Shown here piece after piece: positions 22,676 through 34,075 of a stretch of 64,000 nt of DNA. This DNA is from Octopus sinensis. Its lineage: Eukaryota. The notes beneath the pieces were generated by a model. That model saw only the letters and a list, made by a program, of their open reading frames with translations. It had not been told where the DNA came from and ran no database searches. The DNA lies in the NCBI RefSeq assembly GCF_006345805.1, contig NC_042999.1:163122001-163186000 (forward strand), read 5' to 3'. A program made the translations under genes and the position numbers. Each line of letters starts with the position of its first letter. Position 1 is the stretch's first letter.

Positions 22676-25600
22676 ATCATTGCTATAGCAACACCCTCAC
22701 ACCATCAAGCTCAGTTTTGGGTGTCCTCCTTTTTCAGATCAACCCTCCCAATCTTCTCCTCCGCCTGTCCCCTCTGCCTTTTCCTCAGTCTACCTCATTT
22801 TCATGCTCCATTTACCTCAAATGTAATCACCCTCCTCAGAACATGCTCTTCATCCCTCCTCAACACATGTCCATACCACCTCACTCCATTCATCCTTGCC
22901 AACCATTCCACTGATTCCTCCAACCCTAGCATTCCCATCAAATCTTCAATCCTCTTATCAAACAGCTTCACCCCACACATTTCTCTCAACATTGTTCTCT
23001 CAGCCCTTCTCAAAATTACCAACTCTCTCTCCCACAGACACCATGTCTCACTCCCATACAGCATTGCAGCTCTCACATAACTTTTATAGACCCTTCCTTT
23101 CATCTTTAATGAGAGCCTTTTCCCATATAACAATGCTCCACATTCCCTGAACTTCACCCAGCCAATCTCTATCTTGCTGTCACAGCTGCTTCACATCCCT
23201 TACTTACATCCACTCTATCTCCCAGATAACAAAACCCTCTCACCAATTCCACCTCGTCACATAGTGTTTCCACTGGTTCTGCCTGCCCTCCAGCTCCTAT
23301 CTCACATCTTCCACAAACAAACTCTCTCACCAGTCTTGAGGATCACCATCTTCATTTTTGTACATCTACCATGAATCCATTTCTCACATCTCGTACACAG
23401 CACTGCATTTGCCATTACCCTCCTCCCACATACACCACATGGATCCACCTTACTCACTAACACTTCTCCTTCCACCCCACTCACCATCACCTTTGTCTTC
23501 CCGAGGTTTACCTTCAAGCCCTTGCTTTCAAACGCCTCCTTCCATTTCTAAAACCTATCCCTCCATCATCTTAATCATCAGAACAAGGTCATCCACATTC
23601 AGTGTCTCCATTATCAATCCCTCTGTGGAGGCGCAATGGCCCAGTGGTTAGGGCAGCGGACTCGCGGTCATAGGATCGCGGTTTCGATTCCCAGACCGGG
23701 CGTTGTGAGTGTTTATTGAGCGAAAACACCTAAAAGTCCACGAGGCTCCGGCAGGGGGTCGTGGCAATCCCTGCTGTACTCTTTCACAACAACTTTCTCT
23801 CACTCTTACTTCCTGTTTCTGTTGTACCTGTATTTGAAAGGGTCCGGCCTTGTCACTCTGTGTCACGCTGAATATCCCCGAGAACTACGTTAAGGGTACA
23901 CGTGTCTGTGGAGTGCTCTTACACGTTAATTTCACGAGCAGGCTGTTCCGTTGATTCGGATCAACCGGAACCCTCGTCGTCGTAACCGACGGAGTGCTTC
24001 CTTCCTTCCTATCAATCCCTCTCTTGCACTTTCTGTCACCACATCAACCACTATTGCAAACAACAACAGTGACAACAGAGATTTCTGATGCACACCAGCT
24101 TTCACTGCATACTCCTCTGAAAGCTCTGACCCAATTCTAACTCTTGTCTTTACCCCTTCATACAGACTCATACAATGAACACTGCATCTATTGTCCCCTT
24201 CCTAGCATAAAACCAAATTGCATCTTGTCCACATCCACCCTCTTCCAAATTCTCCTCTCCAACACACTTCTCATCATCTTCATTGCATACTCCAATAACT
24301 TCACTCCTCTATGTGCCTCACAACTCATCGCATTCCCCTTCCCCTTGAAGATCGGTACCACCACACTTAGTACCCAATCATCTGGCATTCTTCTTCCATC
24401 CAGCATGCCCTGGCAGAGTTCTGTCTCTCTACTTGCAGATGTCATTTCTACACATACTTCAGATGGACCAGCTGCCATTCCTGTTCCTTTCATTTCCTTC
24501 ATTGCCTCTACTATTTCTTCCCAACTAACCCTCTCCACTGGCCCTTCCACTACAACAACTTCCACCCTCTGATCCCATTCATTCTCCTCGTTCATAATTC
24601 CCTCCATATGCTCTTTCTAAACTCTTCTCCTGTCCTCACTAAAATTCAACCTTCCATCACTCCCCCTCCTGTATCTTCCTCCCTCAACATCTCTTCCATC
24701 ATTTTTCATTGATTTAATAAACCTAAATACTCCATCCAGCCTGCTCAACCTCTCCTCAGCCTCCTTCCTCATAGATCTCGCAACCACCCCCTTTGCATGA
24801 TTCTTCATGTTGTTATACCTGGCTTTCATTTGCTCAGTCCTATTATTACATAAAGCTTTGTGCGCCTCCTTCCTCGCTATCACCTCCCTCACCATTCCAC
24901 CATCACATATTTCCTCAATCTCTCCTATCCTCCCATCCTTCCACACACTTTGCCACATGCCTTTAGTACTCCTTCTTGAAAAGACTTCCACAAATGCAGT
25001 CCATAAATGCTTACCAACTCCCCAGCTCTCTCCTCAAACCTTACTCTTGCTTCTTCTTCCGTCAGTTTCCATACCTTCTCCCCTCAACCGTTCCCTTTCT
25101 CACATGCTTTTTAACTTTCCTCTTATCCAAGTCAGCAACCACCAACCTGTGCTGCGACTCCCTTGGTATTGTCTTCACATCTCTCAGATCCTTTCTGTTT
25201 TTCCTATCAACCAATACAAAGTCAATCTCTGTCTCATTCCCTCCTTCCTTTTCTCTGTTTTCCTAAACCACATGTTCACTACACACAATTCTTTCTCATC
25301 ACAAAACTCCAACAGCATCCTTCCTTCTACATTTCTCTCCCTAATTCCGTTTCCCCTATTCACACCCTCCAAGCCCTGGATCCATTTCTCAACATGTCCA
25401 TTATAATCACCCATGCCCAAATCTACCTCATGAAGTCCCACTTATTCGCCACTTCATCAAAGAACCACTCTTTCTCCCCTCTTCTACTTTGTAGACCATA
25501 CCTACAAATCACCCTCACAACTTCTTCCTCAAATGCTAACACCACTGTCATCACTCTGTCACTCTTTCTTCTGACCTCCACCACCTTCTTACAGATTTCT

Positions 25601-25960
25601 TCCTTCACCAAAACTTCTACACCTCCATTTCCCTTCCTATTTAACAAGTACCACGACTTGTACTTTCTTCTCTTGACCCACACAAATCTTGCACCCTAAC
25701 TCCTCTACCCAGCCTCCTGCACACAACGCACATACCTTCCTCTTCCTCAATTTCTCACTTACCTCAGTTCCCCTTCCATGCAGACTGCCTACATTCCAAC
25801 TTCCCAACCTTACCCCAAGCTTCTCGTCAGGTCTTCAGCCATCATAAGGCAAGTCATGCTTGCATGACCCAGGATGAGGGTTTGCACCTTCTTTTTGAGG
25901 TAGGCAGGTGCAGCCCACCCCAACCTTTTGGCTGGCTGGTGCTCATTCTCCTTTGCTATC
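22676..25960 (-). mobile_element. Second RTE family, near full length with internal deletions (APE + RT), interrupted by a SINE
   Basis: GSWNVG, GDYNGHV (APE), QFGFMLGRG, GVHQ.SLLSLLLF, VRAAMLYGSETW and RWYGHVLR. Confidence 0.88.
23625..24009 (+). mobile_element. tRNA(Arg-like)-derived SINE family C with a 13-bp TSD
   Basis: Head GGAGGCGCAATGGCCCAGTGG...GGTTTCGATTCCC. TSD TATCAATCCCTCT at 23612-23624 and 24010-24022. (TTCC)n tail. Confidence 0.9.
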
Positions 25961-26475
25961 CTGAGGCTTTCTTGGAGCTGGATTTTCTGCAGGGAGTATG
26001 CCTTTGCTTACCTCCAACCTCAGTTTCTAGACGTGGGTAGTCCTAAGACCAAGGCCTCTACCTTGATTTTTAAGAAATCTGTTGGAGAAACATCAGCTCA
26101 GAAAATGAGTTATTAGCTAATATTAACTGAGTATATAACAATTTTAATAGAGAAGAATTGTGCAAATTCTGATATTATCTATCAGTTGAACTTGATGCAT
26201 ATAAGACAGGTTTACAATAAAGATAAAACAAAATGAAATACTGGAATTTGTCTTGGACAAAACTAGGAAATGGTACATAGATACACAAGAAACACATAAT
26301 GATTCACAGATCAAATTAATCAAAATTTGTTACACATCTTACAGGTAAATTAAAATTATAGGTAAAAAAAATTTAAATGTTCTGAAAAAATTTTATTGAT
26401 TAAATTCACACACACACAATATTCTTAAAAATGGTTGGATTTCAAACTTTCTTCCAAGTATGTGGGTAACCTTAA

Positions 26476-26671
26476 CCCTCCAGCATTTAAACTGGCCATA
26501 TCCAGCCCAAATATGCCTCCTGTTTTATGCTGAAACTGGCCAGATCTAGTCTCTCACACCTACCCTAAAATGTCATTCAAATCTCAAAGCTATGAGACAA
26601 TACATGATTAATTTAAAACAGTATGAATAAAAATGCTTTACATTTGGCAGAGTCATTTGAACGCTAAAAGG
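26476..26671. mobile_element. piggyBac-type MITE (TTAA-flanked)
   Basis: TTAA|CCCT...AAGG|TTAA. Related copies at 39260-39480 and about 57192-57412. Confidence 0.65.
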
Positions 26672-29349
26672 TTAAACTATTTTTCCATTCTTTGTTTATG
26701 TTCTGTCTAATGATTCGTTTCCACAGTAACCACTTCAGAGGAAATGTAAAAAAAAAAAAATCAAATAGTTTCATTTCCTTGCAAAGACTCTGACTAGGTC
26801 TAATGTCTTCCTAAAAATAACTAAGAAAATCAGTTTTTAAATTCTTACTGTATTCAGGTGCAAATTTAAAAAACAAAAATTTTTTTATCAGAACTGTTGT
26901 CAGAATTGTTTTACTTTGAGAAAAAGAAATACCTAATTCATAATTACACACATGGTTTTTATGTCTATATTTTCTTAGATTTTTCTATGTCTTCTTTCAA
27001 AAATACTTGAATTCAAACTTGCTGCTTGGCAACATTTTGCATCCATTGTGAAACATTTCAGTAAATCAAAGTGGCAAAAAATATTTTTAAAGAATTCTCC
27101 AACGATTCACATTGCTCAGATATCATGTACAATGATGGTGGACTGTGTAACTCAATTGTTTGCATAGTGCAACCACATGTTTTTATGAATGAACTGATGA
27201 GATTTGCAATGAAATTTTCATGAAAATATGAAATAGGTTGTTTCAAACAGGTACACCTGGTTTGGTAACAAAAGATTTAAATATTCTTGACATAACATCT
27301 TTTCTCCTACCCAACATTCATAATGTTTTATTTTCTAGTTATCACTTCTGTATTGGACACCATTTTTGTTCTTATAGGTCCTCTCCTGACTGATCTCTCT
27401 CTCTCTTTCTCACTCCAAAGGTAGACTTCCTTGTGTTTTATCAAGCCATATTTCTTTTGACTACATTCAATGATTGTGGAAATTCTGGGCCAAGATAGGG
27501 GATTCTAAAATGTCAATGTCTCCATCTTGGTCTTGCTAAGGAAATCCAATGTTTGGCCTCTTATAGTTTGACTGCAAGAACTTTTGAAAGGAAGACAAGT
27601 ATTTAGTCTTACCTGATTAGAGGCATAATTTGAATTTGGTCAAGGTTTACAAGAAACCCAAAAGGTAGTGAGATCATTTTTGCAGAGCTGGAGACCAGGG
27701 GACCTAATCTCAATGATTGAGCAAATTTATGATCAAAGGTATCGTAACCATGACCATCTTATATTTTTTCTTTGCTAGGACAAAATTATCGTGTGCTCTT
27801 CCTTCTTTTAACTTGGTAGAGTGTGATCTGAAGATTTGGTTGCTATTTCTAGCAAATTAAGTGCCTACAGAGAGTTGTCCTCATTGACTTATAGCAAAAT
27901 GTGTTAAAGGCAACTGTGAAGTGAAACAGTTGTCTGAGGTATGAGGTTATCATATCAAGTGTGAGATGACAATTTCTGTTTTAGGGTCCACATTCATGAC
28001 CTTTGCAGGGTGTGTCTGATGTAAAACCACCCAAATCTATTGTGTGAAATACTGTGTATAAAGTGAGGCCAATATGCTTAATACTTAACATGATATGTGT
28101 ATAGCCGTACACTCAAGTGAAGTTCCTCTCCTCTTTATATATACATACATTTGAACGTAGCCTCTGTTGTGTCTACTACTCTGATTGGTTGGTATTAGCA
28201 CAATTTGGCTCTTAATCTATCATGCCAATATGCAGCATATAACCAATTGGAGCCCCTAAATAAGATTACATGAAACAGAGCCTGTTCTCAACCCTGCTGA
28301 GCCTACTGTTCCTTGTATAAACTCAGCTTCTCATCGTCTTGAAGTCTTTGGTTCTAGACCTTTTAAGGTCTAGCCACTGACCACACAAGACACAGCCAGA
28401 TCCAGCAACAATACCACATGCTCAGGTTTCAACACAGCACTGTTTATGAATTACTTCACCCTGGATCAACAGCAAAGAACAACTTGCAAGCCAGACAGCA
28501 ACACCTGTCCAACAGCATTATGGCAATCTATCTCTTTCTTCATCACTACCATCTTCTTAACGATGTCAACATCTCCATGTACACAACAACCAGCAACACT
28601 GCACAGGTTCTAACATAACACTGTTCATGAATTACTTTACCATGGTTTACAGTGAATATACAACCTGTGAGAACTTCTGTACAAGTGACCCAGGCAGTAG
28701 CATTACAGCCACAACTTCGTACAAAATTTACTGCACCAGCTCTGCATCATTGCCACAACTCCTCGATGCAGTATTTCAATCACTGTGTACAATTGACTAT
28801 CAACTGGTATTTCTCATTCTTGTGTCTATGAACATTCGTCTAACTTCTCATTATGGACTCTTTCACTTTCTCCTTCATTGTTTTTCTTATATGTAGCACA
28901 CACGTACATCCATGCCTATACACACATACACTTTGTTCTCATGATGGCCTGTCTATTATTCTGTATACGTGCCGCGCCCACACACACATGTTAAGCTATC
29001 AGTAAAACTTCTCTCTAAACCTTCTACTCGGTTTCCCCCACTGGCACATATGTATTATTCCAACCTTCTGAACAGAGTCATTATTAGATGGCTTCACTAC
29101 ACTGCCATGACCATCTGTATGCGCTTTCTTGAAGTTAATATTTTTAACATTTACAATGAAGTGCCTTTAGATATTTTAACATTACTCAAATATCTGTAAT
29201 GTTGTGCAGAAATAGGCTAGTATAGCAAATATAATCAACACAAACCTAGAATTGCCTATATTTGAAATAAAGAATGATCATGTTAACCAAAGTATAATGA
29301 AGCTATCTTGTCAAGAGAGACAAATATGGTTATCTACATGTGAATATGT

Positions 29350-29650
29350 GGAGGCGCAATGGCCCAGTGGTTAGGGCAGCGAACTCGCGGTCGTAGGATC
29401 GCAGTTTCAATTCCAAGACTGGGCGTTGTGAGTGTCTATTGAGCGAAAACACCTAAAGCTCCACGAGGCTCTGGCAGGGGGTGGTGGCGATCCCTGCTGT
29501 ACTCTTTCACCACTCTTTCTCTCACTCTTTCATCTGTTGGCCTGCTCGCTTAGCCAGCGGGGTGGCGTCATTCGAAGGCTAAAGCAATGCGAGGCGCATT
29601 GTGACCAGCGATGTGTGGCAACATCTGATAGCCTGGTCGGTCACGTGATC
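29350..29650 (+). mobile_element. SINE family C variant with a different 3' tail and a 14-bp TSD
   Basis: Head and centre match 23625, but the sequence diverges after about 29530. TSD ACATGTGAATATGT at 29336-29349 and 29651-29664. Confidence 0.8.
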
Positions 29651-30020
29651 ACATGTGAATATGTTACTCACTTGTATGACCATTGCCTTAAATTACATCC
29701 AAAAGCATAAAATTTCTATCTTTTCAATCTGTTCTACTATTACAACTGTTTCTCTAAACTACCTAGTTGCATATTTGTTCTATCCAGGCTTGTTAGACAT
29801 ATCTGTTACCTTGTTTCACATTGAACATTCAACTAGATTCTTACTCTCTTGAACACCATCCTTCAAAAACCCCTTTCCAATATTTTATGTTAAATTTCTA
29901 TCCATATGCTTCAGCTTTGTATCTAGACTGAGATAAGTCTTCATGCAAACAACCTCTCTAGTGCTGGTGACAGGCTGAAATAGACACAGTCCATATGTCA
30001 AATGGCCGGTTATAGGAAAG

Positions 30021-32127
30021 TGTTATAATGTGGAGCCTCATCCACTTGTATGTTGTCATCTGCACTAATATTCTTGTTGCCACTATTATGTTGTGGCGAT
30101 GACTTGGCAATCGTGTTATCGCTGATAGCTTCACAAGACAATAACTTTGAAACATCTACCTTGAAAGTAACTCAAACTCATATAAATCATGTAACTGACA
30201 CTGACTCCAGCTGAGAACTCTTATGACTCTACTATTACTGACCACATTTTAAATAACTCCATGCATTCTGTGCCAAATAGGTCTAGTGATTTTTTTAAAC
30301 ATATGATTGTCCTTTTTGCTTCACCTTGAAAAGTTACATTGCAAATACATTTGCTGATGAAATATAATTTCTTTCCTGTAACACCAAATGCTACTTTATT
30401 TGATTTAAATAATTTCAGCTTACTGATTTGTCGCCATACTTCTTCATTTTTCATAGTGATGTCACTACCTGTGTCTAATTGCATTCTGATGCTAGCGATT
30501 TCGATTCTCACCTTGATGAATTTTCTGTTTATTGCACAAACTTTTTTCTCTGATGGCAAATTATTTATTTTTTCTTGTTTGGTCCAATTTTTCGACATCT
30601 TAGTTCTGTAGTGCAATTTAATGTGTCCTGTGTTCCTACAATGAAAACATTTTGCTCTTTTTTAACGGACTCTCTTTTCTCAGGTGCCTACCACCACATG
30701 CCATGCATGGGTTTATCTTCTGAGATATATCGTGTTTTTTGTGAAACACTTTATCTGTCTTCTAACTTTTTTGCACTGGTTTTATCTGTAAACAATCTCT
30801 GCGTTAGATTTCTTCTGTGTCGTGCCTTACTTTCAATACCATATTGCACTCTTCTGACAGTTTCTGGAGAGTTATATCCTGGTTCATTTCCAGTTTTGTG
30901 AGAATTTTCATTCTGACTTCTGTGTCCTTTTTAGCAGTAAGTCCCTGAGCAAAAATCAGGCACTTGAACAAGTCTGGAGTTAGTTTATCCAGTTCAAATC
31001 TCTCACACTCTCTGTTCAATCTACCCGCATATGTGGTAAAATCTTTATCATTGCTTTTCTCAGTGTTCAAACGCTTTCATGTGTTGAAGAACAATGGTTT
31101 TTCACTAAACATCCTACATAAAATGTCAGTTGTGTTCATGAAATTTATGTCAGAAACTTTTTTAGGTAATATAAAGTTGCAGTATTTCTCATGTTCTATC
31201 ATCACCAGTTTACTCAGAATTAGATGCATTTTCATTTCATCCATCCACTTTTGGCATTCATGTTTAAAAATTAGTTCAAATCTTCGGTAATATGCCTCAA
31301 AAATGATTCCTTCTTCCAGATCTTATTAAAATTCATTTATTGAATTTGCTACAGAGACTGGTGAAAACGTATTTTCCGGTTTACCAGCTTCATTAGTTAC
31401 AGCATTTGTTGCTGTAACATTTGTTGGTGTTATTGCTGTTTTTACAACTCAACTAAACCCTCTAGCAACTTTTCCATAATTTTACAGTTGTAAAATATAT
31501 ACAATAAAAATCTTTGTTACTCCTCTGTCACGTTTTTAATTTCTTCTCGTGAAAAAATTTTCAACGTTGGCAACTCAACAAGTTTTCCATAATTTTATGG
31601 ATGTAAAATATATACAACAAAAAGGTTTGTTACTCCTCTGTCGAGTTTTTAATTCCTCAACATGAAAAACTTTTCAATGTGGTCCACATGAATTATTTTC
31701 TCATGAAAAAAAAATTTTTTGTTCAACGTTGTCCATGTGAGTTGTTTATATCCCTGTTGCCACTGTTATAATGTGGATCCTCATCCACTTGTATGTTGTT
31801 ATCAGCGCTATAATATTTTTGTCGCCACTATTATGTTGTGGCAGTATTCTGCATTTCTTGTGCTATCACTGATAGCTCCACGAGACAATCATCATCATCG
31901 TTTAACGTCCGTTTTCCGCGCTAGCACGGGTTGGACGATTTGAAAAGTCTACCTTGACAGTAACTTGAACTCGTATATATCATGTAACTGACACTGACTC
32001 CAACTGAGAACTCTTACAATGACTCTACTACTACTGACCTCCTACAACGACTGATTGTCTGACTTTATAGTGGCTCTTTCATACCACTTTGTCACATGGG
32101 AAGGAGTGTACCATTTTCACTGCAACA
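30021..32127 (-). mobile_element. Internally deleted Ty3/Gypsy LTR retrotransposon (5'LTR-PBS-gag-protease-partial 3'LTR)
   Basis: TG...CA LTR at 31764-32127 and partial LTR at 30021-30243. TSD GAAAG on both sides, PBS-like TGGCAACAGGGA, gag motif LFKCLIFAQGL and protease LDTGS. Confidence 0.88.
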
Positions 32128-32882
32128 GAAAGGTTGTAAAATTATGCAAAAATTACCTTAAAAATATGACATATGTTATAATAAAGATTGGCTGTTATTT
32201 TTGTTGTTAAGTCAGTTGATGGACTGATAACTGTCTGGCTCATACTAGCATTGGAAATAAAACAAAATGATAAGTTAGTAGGGTTATTATCACAGAGAAA
32301 CCCAGTGCTGTGATCATCATCATCGTTTAACGTTTGCTTTCCATGCTAGCATGGGTTGGACAGTTTGACTGAGGGCTGGCAAGCCAGAAGGCTGCACCAG
32401 GCTCCAATCAGATATGGCAAAGTTTCTACAGCTGGATGCCCTTCCTAATGCCAACCACTCCGAGAGTGTAGTGGGTGCTTTTTACATACCACAGGCATGT
32501 GGGCCAGTAATAAAAATAATCCATTTGATTTTTACAAATACAAATATTCTAGATTGCTCCTAAAAGTTCATGAAGCTGATTTGTAAGCATTATTATCAAC
32601 AGTTTATAATCAGTGGATCACAGACACCCTCTTCTCTCTGCCTGTTTTGTTACCACTCTCAATGTGTGCCCACTACTTTGTCCTTCTTGATAGACAGCCT
32701 GACAGCAAAATGCCAAACATTGATGATGGATACATGGAAAGAGTATTAGGTAAATGAACAGTGAGGTAATCGACATAAAAGTAAAGTGACTGTACATAAG
32801 GAGTGTTTGCAAAGAGTGTTTAAGTTTAAAGAATTCCAAGATCCTTTTTAAAATTCTTCCAACTACCATCCACTTGAATTAT

Positions 32883-33261
32883 ACTCTTTACTCTTTTACT
32901 TGTTTCAGTCATTTGATTGCGGCCATGCTGGAACACCGCCTTTAGTCTAGGAAATCGGCCCCAGGACTTATTCTTTGTAAGCCTAGTACTTATTCTATCG
33001 GTCTCTTTTGCCGAACTGCTAAGTTACAGGGATGTAAACACACCAGCATCGGTTGTCAAGCGATGTTGGTGGGGACAAACACACACATATATACATATAC
33101 ACATATACGACAGGCTTCTTTCAGTTTCCGTCTACAAAATCCACTCACAAAGCTTTGGTCAGCCCGAGAAGACACTTGCCCAAGGTGCCACGCAGTGGGA
33201 CTGAACCCGGAATCATGTGGTTGGTAAGCAAGCTACTTACCATACAGCGACTTCTGCACCT
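32883..33261 (-). mobile_element. SINE family B
   Basis: Matches the 1846-2258 copy in reverse. Confidence 0.85.
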
Positions 33262-33342
33262 AAAAGGAAAGCTCTACCGTGTCTCCTTCTTGACATGTTA
33301 TGCATATGTTTTAGAACAAGCCAAAGCAAAATTCATTTTCAA

Positions 33343-33415
33343 TGGAGATGCCGGGGATTGAACCCGGGGCCCTTTCACTTGCGAAGCGAATGCTCTACCA
33401 CTGAACTACATCCCT
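33343..33415 (-). tRNA. tRNA-Ala(CGC), slightly aberrant, possibly a pseudogene
   Basis: Cloverleaf AGGGATG/CATCTCC with G3:U70, D arm GTTC/GAGC, anticodon arm TTCGC-TTCGCAA-GTGAA and T arm CCGGG-TTCAATC-CCCGG. It has an A1xC72 mismatch and a 6-nt variable region. TTTT lies about 10 nt downstream. Confidence 0.8.
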
Positions 33416-33429
33416 TTCATTTCAACTTT

Positions 33430-33930
33430 TTATCAAATTTCTTTCAAATTTTCCCCACTGGTGTTGTTTTGCATGTTGATGATGAAAATCCCATTCATGT
33501 GTCTAGAAATTAATAATTAAAAAAGTTATAAGCCTTTAAAATTATGTAATTTCTGACATAACAGGAGTTACAACTGTCTGTTTCCACAGGAATGGCGAAC
33601 CACAGTGTTGGTTACTCTTTTTACTAGCAAATCTACCCATCTATGATGGAGGCATAAAATAAGAGAGGGAAGTCATAACACCAGTATTTATTGAGAAATG
33701 TGGAAATCCTTGTCGCCGGAATTTTAGCAAAACAAAAATCAAAGGTGATTTATTAATACCAAACTCAATATCCACCAAATAATCATACTTTTTCATATTT
33801 TTTCTGCTAAAAAAACCTTCCTGATTACCTCTTTCATAATCCTGAAAACATCGTGACCATTGGTCCAGCCATTTGACCGAGAAAAGGGAACAGACAGACA
33901 GACGGACATAATGGCCATTATAAGTAAGAT
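33430..33930 (+). mobile_element. Probable non-autonomous Helitron/Helentron-like element
   Basis: Ends in (CAGA)n CGGAC...TATAAGTAAGAT, resembling DINE-1/Lep1-type termini. Left boundary uncertain. Confidence 0.35.
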
Positions 33931-34075
33931 TTGAGGAAAAAATTATTATCTTTAAATTCTTCTCACTCAAGAATGGCTTCATCTTTGTATAACATACAAA
34001 GTAATTATAGGCATGGCTACCATTTTTTTTTCTGGAGTCTGTTGGATTACATTGTTCAGTGTTTTCTTAAAGACA

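Noticed and set aside
27194-27228. CTGATGA...GAAA-TTTTCATGAAAA-TA, a hammerhead-like core with a palindrome
   Set aside because: No stem I can form and stem II is weak. Likely chance in AT-rich DNA.
33585-33610. TTCC-ACA-GGAA-TGGCGAACCAC, resembling the P4-J4/2-P2' part of an HDV-like ribozyme
   Set aside because: No upstream P1, P2 or P3 partners were found.
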